Below, in pieces: positions 16,317 through 23,836 of a stretch of 32,000 bases of DNA (positions are counted from its first letter, which is position 1; each line of letters opens with the position of its first letter). Made by a program: the position numbers and the translations under genes. The stretch is from a bacterium (GTDB lineage: Bacteria; UBP7; UBA6624; JBBIMK01), in assembly GCA_037444445.1 (NCBI GenBank), contig JBBIMK010000010.1:1-32000 (forward strand). The letters run 5' to 3'. The notes below the pieces were generated by a model, which had not been told where the DNA came from, did not search any database, and saw only the letters and a program-made list of their open reading frames with translations.

Positions 16317-17444
16317 ATGGGCAGGAAGATAAAGCATATTGGGATTCTGACGGAGCGGATGACAGAGGGGCTGGGCGTGGACCTGGTGAACTGGAAGATT
16401 GGGGAGGGGCTGGTGGAAAGAGGGTTTCAGGTTACCGTTTTTGCCACCACGATCACCGATTTTTTTACTCATCAGAAGTTTCAAGTGCAAACCCTGCCTC
16501 TGGCGTTCACGCGACGGATGCCAGCGTATCATCTGCGGGCGTTTGGGTTGCGAAAATTTCTTCAAGCACAGCCGATAGATGCGTGGCTGATTACCACGGA
16601 ACCCTTCTTCCCTCTCACCCGTTTTTTACCCCATAGCCTCATCTATTTCCACGGCAATTCCCCTCCCATCGGCTTGCCCTTCAAAAGCCGACTGAACTCT
16701 GCCTACACTGCGTTTACCCAGAACCTCATCAGTTTTTCTGCCTCTTCCCATATCATCGTGGTTTCGGAGTTTATTAAAAAAAGCCTGCCAATCCGACATC
16801 AGAAGAAGGCAAAAGTGCTGTATCACGGGTTAGACCATTATGAGGGATGGAGAAAAACACCACAGGAGGTGAACGCTTTTCGCCAGCAGTTGGGGCTGGA
16901 AGAGAAGGATGTTCTCCTTTTTTATGCGGGAAGGTTGAATCCCATATATCAGCCATACAAAGGGGCTAATGAACTGCTTTTTCTCTTCTCCCTGTGGAAA
17001 GAAAAATATCCGCGGATACAGCTTTTGATGGTGGGATATGGAGATGAAGCGGATAAAAGAGGGTTAGAGTCCCGGGGGGCGAAGGTGTTTCTAAAAGCGC
17101 CGATGGAAGAGATGCCGGTATATTTCCAGGCCTGCGATGTGTATCTCACCTGCAGTCGGTGGGAAGGGTTTGACCTGCCTCTGGCGGAGGCTATGACCTT
17201 CCGTAAGCCCGTGGTAGCCTATGATGTGGGCGCTCATCCAGAACTGGTTCAGCACGGGAAAAATGGCTTCCTCGCCAGGGATTCCACAGAGTTTTTCTCT
17301 TCTGTGGAAACCCTCATTCAACAGGCAGAGCTCCGGCAAGAAATGGGTAGACAGGGAGAGGAGTTTACCCGCTCCTTCCGATGGGATTCCACGGTTCAAC
17401 GGCTTGCCGGATGGCTGAATGAATGGTATGATGAAAGTGCTTGA
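16317..17444 (+). CDS. Glycosyltransferase family 4 (GT-B, GT1-clan)
   Basis: C-terminal GT-B signature SRWEGFDLPLAEAMTFRKPVVAYDVGAHPELVQHGKNGFL. I prefer the ATG at 16317 (GGTGGAAGGG just upstream, MGRKIKHIGILTE...) to the ORF-track start at 16146. Confidence 0.8.
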   Translation: MGRKIKHIGILTERMTEGLGVDLVNWKIGEGLVERGFQVTVFATTITDFFTHQKFQVQTLPLAFTRRMPAYHLRAFGLRKFLQAQPIDAWLITTEPFFPLTRFLPHSLIYFHGNSPPIGLPFKSRLNSAYTAFTQNLISFSASSHIIVVSEFIKKSLPIRHQKKAKVLYHGLDHYEGWRKTPQEVNAFRQQLGLEEKDVLLFYAGRLNPIYQPYKGANELLFLFSLWKEKYPRIQLLMVGYGDEADKRGLESRGAKVFLKAPMEEMPVYFQACDVYLTCSRWEGFDLPLAEAMTFRKPVVAYDVGAHPELVQHGKNGFLARDSTEFFSSVETLIQQAELRQEMGRQGEEFTRSFRWDSTVQRLAGWLNEWYDESA

Positions 17445-18493
17445 GAAAAGGGAAAAGGCAGAAAACTTCCGGGTCTTTTTTGAACACAGAAAAGGGCTTA
17501 TCCTTCCCTGAAATTCCATTATATGACGGGAGAATTTCACTGGAGCCACTGAGGGGAAAAACCATCGGCGTAATCGGGTATGGAAATCAGGGGCGTGCTC
17601 AAGCTCTGAACCTTCGGGATTCCGGGCTATCTATTCTGGTGGGGCTGAGAACCCGAAGCCTGCACCGGGCTGAAGCCATTTCCGACGGGCTGGAAGTTCT
17701 CACACCCCTGGAGCTGGCGAAAAAGGCGGATATTCTCATGTTCCTGCTACCGGATGATGCTCATAAGGAAGTGTTTCAATCTATCTCATCCGGTTTGAAA
17801 CAGGGGCAAGCCCTGGGATTTGCTCATGGGTTCACTATCCATTATGGTGTTCTTTCACCTCCACCGTGGCTGGATGTGTTTCTGGTGGCGCCTAAAGGGG
17901 TTGGCGCCCAGGTTCGTAAAAAGTATGCAGAAGGGCTGGGAGTGCCGGCGCTGGTTGCGGTTGCTCAGGATTATACCGGTAATGCGTTGAGCCTTGCTTT
18001 GTGTTATGCCAAGGGCATTGGGTGCGCTCGCCCGGGGGCAGGCATCTATCCTTCCACTTTCCAGCAGGAAGCGGAAGCAGATTTGTTCACCGAGCAGGTT
18101 CTGTTATGTGGAGGGGTGCCAGAACTGGTGAAACTCACCTATGAAAGCCTGGTTCAAAACGGCTACCCTCCTGAAGCCTCTTACTTTGAAACAGTTCAGG
18201 AGTTGAAACTTCTGGTGGATTTGCTGGTGGAAAAGGGGCTGGCGGGGATGTATTCTTCCATCAGCCCCACCGCTTTATACGGTGGAATCACGCGAGGGAA
18301 ATATCTGATAAACGAAGGTGTTCAAAAGAAAATCCAACATGTTTTGCGCGACATCCAGTCGGGGAAATTTGCCCGAGAATGGCTGAAAATGCGGGAGAAA
18401 TCCCCCGGCATGCGGGAAGAAGTTTTGCAAGCAGCCCACCGTCATGCTCTCACCAAAATCTTTCAGAAATTATCCCGTAGAAACCATCCCTGA
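17441..18493 (+). CDS. ilvC: Ketol-acid reductoisomerase (class I)
   Basis: GKTIGVIGYGNQGRAQALNLRDSG Rossmann motif, LLPDDAHKEV, GFAHGF, EADLFTEQVLLCGG. Start uncertain: TTG at 17441 overlaps the glycosyltransferase stop, with an alternative TTG at 17480. Confidence 0.9.
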   Translation: MRKGKRQKTSGSFLNTEKGLSFPEIPLYDGRISLEPLRGKTIGVIGYGNQGRAQALNLRDSGLSILVGLRTRSLHRAEAISDGLEVLTPLELAKKADILMFLLPDDAHKEVFQSISSGLKQGQALGFAHGFTIHYGVLSPPPWLDVFLVAPKGVGAQVRKKYAEGLGVPALVAVAQDYTGNALSLALCYAKGIGCARPGAGIYPSTFQQEAEADLFTEQVLLCGGVPELVKLTYESLVQNGYPPEASYFETVQELKLLVDLLVEKGLAGMYSSISPTALYGGITRGKYLINEGVQKKIQHVLRDIQSGKFAREWLKMREKSPGMREEVLQAAHRHALTKIFQKLSRRNHP

Positions 18494-18516
18494 TTTCGTG
18501 TCTTCCCGCTGATTTC

Positions 18517-18525
18517 TGGTAGAAT
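18517..18525 (+). promoter_or_regulatory. Possible extended -10 element (TGGTAGAAT) upstream of the LeuA-family gene
   Basis: TGG + TAGAAT at 18517-18525, ~22 nt upstream of the TTG start at 18548. AGGAGAG Shine-Dalgarno at 18532-18538. Weak -35. Confidence 0.3.
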
Positions 18526-18547
18526 AAGAGCAGGAGAGTGATAGAAG

Positions 18548-19936
18548 TTGGAATACGAGGAATTATTTGAAAAATTGTATTTTGACCCGAGGGTGTTTAC
18601 GGATACCTCTGGTTTTCCACCGCCGGAAAAAATCAAATTGTATGATACGACGCTGAGGGATGGTGAGCAGGCCCCCGGCATTGCTTTCACCCCTCAGCAG
18701 AAGATAGAAATCGCTATGGCCCTTTCCGACATTGGCGTTCACATCTTAGATGTGGGCTTTCCCGGCGTTTCCACTACCGAGCAGGAGGCGCTAAAACTCA
18801 TCGTGGAAGCCAGGAAAAGGGGCCACATGCGAAAGGACCTGGAACTGTTAGTGATGTGCCGTTCCACCCGGCCGGATATAGATGCCACCATTCAGGCGTT
18901 ACAAGAAATAGGCGCTCAGCCGGATGAAATCACCTTCCTCATTTTCACCTCTGCCTCCGACCTGCACATCAAATATAAATTAGGGCCATCCCTTTTGAAG
19001 AGAGAAGGAAGAGACCCGAAGGAATTTGACACATTACCCATAGAGTTTTACCGTCAGGCGAATATCCGGATGATACAGGAAGCCATCACCTACGCCCGCC
19101 AGCGTGGCGTGGGATATATTGAATTTGGCACGGAGGATGCCAGTCGGTCCAACATAGATTATTTGATTAGCCTGGTGCGGGCCGCGGTCGGTGCGGGCGC
19201 CAACCGCTACATCTTCCCCGACACCACTGGCTCCCTGACCCCCGATTCCACTCGCTTTTACTGCATTCGGCTGAAGAAAGCCCTTCCCGGCATCCCCATT
19301 GTCAGCCACTTCCATAACGATTTTGACCTTGCCACCATCAATGTCATTACCTCTATGAGCCTGGGGATTGAATCTCATTCTGTGACTGCGAACGGCATCG
19401 GGGAGCGGGCAGGGAATGCACCCCTTCACACCGTTGTCACTGCTCTGAAACTTCTTTATGGCATTGATATACCCGGCTTCAAATACGAAAAACTCTGGTC
19501 GTTAAGAGATTTAGTGGAGCGGTATTCCGGCATCCCGGTGAAGCCCAACGAGCCGATTATCGGGCGAAATACCTTCGCCCACGAATCCGGCATCCACACG
19601 CACGGCGTCCTCTCCCATCCTCGCACCTACGAGCCCATCCCTTATGAAGTTGTGGGGGGGCACCGACGCCTCACCTTCGGCAAGCACACCGGTAGCGCCC
19701 TGGTGGAATGGGCTCTCAAAAATCACACCGACGAACTTCGGAGAAAAGGCATAGAAATCACCGATGAACTCATTAACCGCGTCGTGATGGAAGTGAAGCG
19801 GATACGGGAAGAGAAAGCCCGGCAGGGCATCACGGAAACCTTCATCCGGCAATACTACCAGAATCTGGCGCAGTTAGAACTCACCGACGAAGATGTGGTG
19901 GGCATCGCTCTCACCCTTGCCCCCGCCAAAGCATAA
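18548..19936 (+). CDS. 2-isopropylmalate / citramalate / homocitrate synthase family protein (DRE-TIM aldolase)
   Basis: 462 aa with a TTG start. LYDTTLRDGEQAPGIAFT, HFHNDFDLATIN, HESGIHTHG. Too short to carry a full LeuA regulatory domain. The neighbouring ilvC favours a LeuA/CimA role. Confidence 0.8.
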   Translation: MEYEELFEKLYFDPRVFTDTSGFPPPEKIKLYDTTLRDGEQAPGIAFTPQQKIEIAMALSDIGVHILDVGFPGVSTTEQEALKLIVEARKRGHMRKDLELLVMCRSTRPDIDATIQALQEIGAQPDEITFLIFTSASDLHIKYKLGPSLLKREGRDPKEFDTLPIEFYRQANIRMIQEAITYARQRGVGYIEFGTEDASRSNIDYLISLVRAAVGAGANRYIFPDTTGSLTPDSTRFYCIRLKKALPGIPIVSHFHNDFDLATINVITSMSLGIESHSVTANGIGERAGNAPLHTVVTALKLLYGIDIPGFKYEKLWSLRDLVERYSGIPVKPNEPIIGRNTFAHESGIHTHGVLSHPRTYEPIPYEVVGGHRRLTFGKHTGSALVEWALKNHTDELRRKGIEITDELINRVVMEVKRIREEKARQGITETFIRQYYQNLAQLELTDEDVVGIALTLAPAKA

Positions 19937-20114
19937 AAGTTTGAGAAAACATTCTCTGACCATAGGGGGCTAAATTGGGACCTACCTCTTTGTAAAAATT
20001 CACTGAAAAAACAGAGGCAAGAAGAATTAGCCCGCTGTTACGAAAACGGACTGAAGTTCTAACAGCCCGGAAGGAGGCTATTGGGCCAGGTGGTCCAACA
20101 CGCTCACCGAGTTG

Positions 20115-22052
20115 TCAGCCGGAGATGTGGGAGGGTTCGGGCTCGGGGGAAGCGGTGGAAGGGGCGCGGGGGAGGTCGGGGGCGCCCTCAGGTTTGATGA
20201 AGTCTTCTGATGGATATTTGGTGATGGCTCTGGACATAAAAAGCCGCCAGGTATAGGCGGGAATGCCACCCCCCTGCAGGTGGTGGGTGGGCGTGTTGTC
20301 GTCATTTCCGAACCAGACGCCGACGCAGAGCCGGGAGGTGAAGCCAACGAACCAGGCATCGCGGTAGTCGCTGGTAGTGCCGGTTTTCCCGGCGGCGGGG
20401 GCATCTATTTTCGCTCCCCGTCCCGTCCCTTCTTCCACCACCTTCTTCATCATCTGCACCAGCAGGTACACCATTTTCTCATCTATGGCCTTTTTTCGAA
20501 CCGGCTGGGCAATTTCCAGCGTTTCTCCACGGTCATTTTCCACTTTTAACACGCTCATCGGGCGAATTCTCTCCCCCATATTCGCAAGGGTGCAAAAAGC
20601 AGTGGTTAATTCTAACGGGGTGACGGTAGAAGTGCCCAGAGGGAGGGATAGAACTGGCTCCAGGGGGCTTTCAATCCCTGCCAGATGGGCTACCTGGACA
20701 GCATTCTCCGGTCCTACAATGTCGTTGAGTTTAATGGCCATCACATTGACGGAATATTTTAAGCCATCTATTAAAGTTAGAGGACCGCGGAACTTCCCGT
20801 CATAATTTTCTGGGCTGTAGGTGGTGCTGGCATCCACCCAGAAAGTGGTGGGCTCATCTACAAGAATCATATCAGGTGGTAAGCCCTGGAGCAATGCAGT
20901 GAGGTAAATAAAAGGTTTGAAGGCAGACCCTGGCTGTCGCTTTGCCTGGGTTACTCGGTTGAACTGGCTCTCCTGGAAGTTCTTACCACCTACCATAGCG
21001 AGGATATAGCCGGTCCGGGCGTCCAGAGCCACGAGGGCGGCCTGGGTGGCATTTCGCTTCTGTTTATCCGCTTCCTTCAGGCCTTCCTGAATGCTCTCAT
21101 TCGCCCACTCCTGCAATTGAGGGTCAATGGTGGTGAAGATTTTCAACCCTCCCCGATAAACAGCCTCTCCACCATAGCGTTCCTTCATATCTTCGAGGAG
21201 GGAGGCAACAAAATAAGGTGCGGAGGTTCCTCCAAAGAGGGCGGAGCGTTTCGGTGCCAGATGCAGCGGTCTTTTCCTGGCGATTTCGCTCTCCTGTTGC
21301 GAAATGAAGTTCAGTTTTTCCATTCGGTCTAAAATATAGTTCCTTCTCCTCTTTGCCTTATCCGGGTTTTTATACGGGTCGTAGATGGCGGGGGCTCTGG
21401 GCAGACCCACCAGGAGCGCCACCTCATCCAGAGTAAGGTTTTTTACATCTTTTCGGAAATAAGTTTTCGCCGCCGCCTCAATTCCATACGCCTGATTCCC
21501 GTAGTAGATCTGGTTCAAATACAGTTCCAGAATCTTTTCCTTGGAATATTTTCCTTCCACCAGTAGAGCGAACAGCATTTCTCGGATTTTCCGGTCCAGA
21601 GTCTTTTTTCGGGTGAGGAACACATTGCGGACGAGTTGCTGGGTGATGGTGGAGCCGCCCTGGGTGAACCGTCCACTTTTGAGATTTGCCAGGAGGGCAC
21701 GAAAAACACTGAGGACATCCACCCCTCTGTGAAGGAAAAAGCGGGCGTCCTCCGCCGCAATCGTTGCCAGTTTCACGGCATCTGGAATTTCCTCATAACT
21801 CAACGGTTCCCGGTTCTCCAGATACACACTCGCCAGGATGCTTCCGTCCTTTGCATAAATAGGCGACGAATGCTCCATAGGTGGAAAAATAATTTCTTCC
21901 ACAGGAGGCAGGGTTTTCATATAATAAAAGAAAACTGCACCGCCCAATCCTCCTACAACCAGCAGGAGGAGCGCCATTATTCTGGCGAAAATCCAGAGGG
22001 GGCGGAAAACAGAAGAGAGTTTACCCGCCCTGCTTCGCTTTCGTCGTCTCAT
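20115..22052 (-). CDS. Class A penicillin-binding protein (PBP1A-type bifunctional transglycosylase/transpeptidase)
   Basis: 645 aa with an N-terminal TM anchor. GT51 motifs EDARFFLHRGVD, GGSTITQQLVRN, RKIREM. Transpeptidase motifs SAFKPFIY (SxxK), SVN, KTGTT. Confidence 0.95.
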   Translation of the reverse strand: MRRRKRSRAGKLSSVFRPLWIFARIMALLLLVVGGLGGAVFFYYMKTLPPVEEIIFPPMEHSSPIYAKDGSILASVYLENREPLSYEEIPDAVKLATIAAEDARFFLHRGVDVLSVFRALLANLKSGRFTQGGSTITQQLVRNVFLTRKKTLDRKIREMLFALLVEGKYSKEKILELYLNQIYYGNQAYGIEAAAKTYFRKDVKNLTLDEVALLVGLPRAPAIYDPYKNPDKAKRRRNYILDRMEKLNFISQQESEIARKRPLHLAPKRSALFGGTSAPYFVASLLEDMKERYGGEAVYRGGLKIFTTIDPQLQEWANESIQEGLKEADKQKRNATQAALVALDARTGYILAMVGGKNFQESQFNRVTQAKRQPGSAFKPFIYLTALLQGLPPDMILVDEPTTFWVDASTTYSPENYDGKFRGPLTLIDGLKYSVNVMAIKLNDIVGPENAVQVAHLAGIESPLEPVLSLPLGTSTVTPLELTTAFCTLANMGERIRPMSVLKVENDRGETLEIAQPVRKKAIDEKMVYLLVQMMKKVVEEGTGRGAKIDAPAAGKTGTTSDYRDAWFVGFTSRLCVGVWFGNDDNTPTHHLQGGGIPAYTWRLFMSRAITKYPSEDFIKPEGAPDLPRAPSTASPEPEPSHISG

Positions 22053-22174
22053 TCACATCAATTTTACCATAGCAACGGTTCAGGTATTAGACTCTGCTCC
22101 GGGGGTCGCAGGCTGGAACTATGGTTGGGTTTCCTGGTTTACTCTCTATCCCGCATTGCGTGGCGGGCGTACTC

Positions 22175-22258
22175 TGCCGGGAGCCGGAATCGAACCGGCA
22201 CTCCCTTTCGGGAAAGGGATTTTAAGTCCCTCGCGTCTACCTGTTCCGCCATCCCGGC
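22175..22258 (-). tRNA. tRNA-Leu (anticodon TAA)
   Basis: Reverse complement GCCGGGATGGCGGAACAGGTAGACGCGAGGGACTTAAAATCCCT...GCCGGTTCGATTCCGGCTCCCGGCA. 7-bp acceptor stem, AGGGA/TCCCT anticodon stem with loop CTTAAAA, long variable arm, TTCGATT T-loop. No encoded CCA. Confidence 0.9.
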
Positions 22259-22303
22259 AGAAGAAAGAAAAAACCTTCCTTCCTCCGTTTGCTTCTTCAC
22301 TGT

Positions 22304-22681
22304 TTACAGTTCGCCGCCTTTGGCTTCAATATTTTTTCGCAGTGCGGCCAGGCGTTCCTGACTTTCTTTTTGGTATCGTCGGTAGAGTTCGTGGAAAGAG
22401 AGGTCTCTTCTTGCGGGTGGTTGTGCAGGCTCTTTCTGACCCAGGGAGGAGAGGGCTTTGAGAGAAAGAGTGAGTCGCTTTCCCCCCTCACCTATCACTA
22501 CCAGCATCGCCTTCAGCGTATCATTCTTGCGAAACAGGTCTCTCGGGTTTCCCTGGAAGGAGTCGCTGATTTCTTCCACAGGGATATAGCCATAGCGGGA
22601 GTTACCGATGCGAACAAAGATTCCATGCTCTGTAGTTTCCTGCACTTTCACCATCAAAACCTGTCCTACTTTCAACGCCAC
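22304..22681 (-). CDS. S1 RNA-binding domain protein (YabR/YugI-like)
   Basis: 125 aa. VGQVLMVKVQETTEHGIFVRIGNSRYGYIPVEEIS...LKAMLVVIGEGGKRLTLSLK is a typical single S1 OB-fold. Confidence 0.8.
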   Translation of the reverse strand: MALKVGQVLMVKVQETTEHGIFVRIGNSRYGYIPVEEISDSFQGNPRDLFRKNDTLKAMLVVIGEGGKRLTLSLKALSSLGQKEPAQPPARRDLSFHELYRRYQKESQERLAALRKNIEAKGGEL

Positions 22682-22782
22682 ATCCTCTTGCCTCGTATAA
22701 CAATTATATCATAAGGACTATGCATGGATGAAGAAGAGGTCAAAGGATGGAGCAACGGATGGTATCCGGGGATGAGCCGACC

Positions 22783-22791
22783 TGATATAAT
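22783..22791 (+). promoter_or_regulatory. Extended -10 promoter element of the tRNA/tadA cluster
   Basis: TGA + TATAAT (22783-22791), 13 nt upstream of the first tRNA 5' end at 22805. Confidence 0.45.
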
Positions 22792-22804
22792 TAAAGATGG
22801 TGCC

Positions 22805-22897
22805 GGAGAGGTGGCCGAGTGGTCAAAGGCACTCGCCTGCTAAGCGAGTGGGCGCTTAATAGGTGTCCCGCGGGTTCGAATCCCGCCCTCTCCGCCA
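22805..22897 (+). tRNA. tRNA-Ser (anticodon GCT), CCA encoded
   Basis: GGAGAGG acceptor, CTCGC/GCGAG anticodon stem with loop CTGCTAA, long variable arm, GCGGGTTCGAATCCCGC T-arm, CCTCTCC-G-CCA. Confidence 0.92.
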
Positions 22898-22899
22898 GA

Positions 22900-22972
22900 G
22901 CGCCCGTAGCTCAATGGATAGAGCGTGGGACTACGGATCCCACGGTTGCGGGTTCGAATCCTGCCGGGCGCG
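22900..22972 (+). tRNA. tRNA-Arg (anticodon ACG)
   Basis: GCGCCCG acceptor, GCTCAATGGATAGAGC D-arm, TGGGA/TCCCA stem with loop CTACGGA, TTCGAAT T-loop, CGGGCGC-G. Begins 2 nt after tRNA-Ser. No encoded CCA. Confidence 0.92.
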
Positions 22973-22979
22973 CTGCCCT

Positions 22980-23052
22980 GCGCTCGTAGCTCAAGGGATA
23001 GAGCGGGGTCCTCCTAAGGCTCAGGCTGCAGGTTCAACTCCTGCCGAGCGCA
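22980..23052 (+). tRNA. tRNA-Arg (anticodon CCT)
   Basis: GCGCTCG acceptor, GCTCAAGGGATAGAGC D-arm, anticodon loop CTCCTAA, GCAGGTTCAACTCCTGC T-arm, CGAGCGC-A. No encoded CCA. Confidence 0.9.
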
Positions 23053-23097
23053 CAAACAGAATGAACGTGAAATAAGGTAGAAGGGCTGGAAGAATAA

Positions 23098-23580
23098 ATG
23101 GATGAAGAGAAGGGTGTGGGTGCAGTGGTTCCGAACCATCGGGATGAGTTTTATATGCGGGTGGCGCTGGAGGAAGCTCAGGAGGCAAGGAAGGGAGGGG
23201 AAATTCCCATTGGGGCTGTGCTGGTTCTGGATGGCACAATCCTGGCACGGGATCATAATCGGAAGGAGGAGCTGAGAGATGCCAGCGCTCATGCCGAGAT
23301 TCTGGTGATTCGGTCAGCGGGGCAGAAGGTGGGCTCCTGGCGTCTGGAGAGCGCCCGGCTGTATGTGACCGCTGAGCCCTGCCTGATGTGCTGGGGAGCC
23401 ATCCTGGAGGCACGGATTCCTTATGTGGCTTACGGTGGTGCTTCCTCCCAGGTGGGACGGATGGTGGATACGCAACTGCTGTATCAAAACGGCCTTGCAC
23501 GACGGGTGCAGATTGTGTCCGGAATCCTGAAGCAGGAAGCGGCCTCTCTCCTCCGCTCCTTCTTCCAGGAAGCCCGATGA
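23098..23580 (+). CDS. tadA: tRNA-specific adenosine deaminase
   Basis: 160 aa. CDA-fold zinc motifs HAEILVIRSA and EPCLMCWGAI, GEIPIGAVLVLDG. Starts 45 nt after tRNA-Arg(CCT). Confidence 0.92.
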   Translation: MDEEKGVGAVVPNHRDEFYMRVALEEAQEARKGGEIPIGAVLVLDGTILARDHNRKEELRDASAHAEILVIRSAGQKVGSWRLESARLYVTAEPCLMCWGAILEARIPYVAYGGASSQVGRMVDTQLLYQNGLARRVQIVSGILKQEAASLLRSFFQEAR

Positions 23581-23679
23581 ACCTCCAACAGCAGAATGCG
23601 AGGCGAGGAATGGCCTGCTCAGGAGCGAATTCCACCTGTAGCGGGGCCGATTCCTTTCCCTCCTTCCTTCAGAATCCCG

Positions 23680-23776
23680 GGAGAGGTGGCCGAGGCTGGT
23701 TGAAGGCGCCCGACTCGAAATCGGGTGCACCGCTGAAGGGCGTGTGCCGAGGGTTCAAATCCCTCCCTCTCCGCCA
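23680..23776 (+). tRNA. tRNA-Ser (anticodon CGA), CCA encoded
   Basis: GGAGAGG acceptor, CCCGA/TCGGG anticodon stem with loop CTCGAAA, long variable arm, GAGGGTTCAAATCCCTC T-arm, CCTCTCC-G-CCA. Confidence 0.9.
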
Positions 23777-23836
23777 GTTCATGCCATGGAGAATAGCCAG
23801 TGAAAACCCTCCCGAAAGAAAAGGTGAGAAGGTGAG

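Noticed and set aside
19937-20114. 178-nt convergent intergenic region checked for a small RNA or bidirectional terminator
   Set aside because: I found only short, large-loop pairings (CCTCT...AGAGG, GCTGTTA...TAACAGC) and no G+C-rich stem with a U-tract. There is no resemblance to RNA families I know.
20078-20404. Proline-rich 108-aa minus-strand ORF, plus the plus-strand ORFs at 20280-20805 and 21636-22361
   Set aside because: They overlap the well-supported PBP1A gene in other frames. The 21636-22361 ORF also runs through tRNA-Leu. All are low-complexity.
22175-23776. tRNA cluster as an integration hotspot for a mobile element or genomic island
   Set aside because: There is no integrase, excisionase, partial tRNA duplicate or direct repeat of tRNA 3' ends in the flanks. 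The neighbouring genes are housekeeping.
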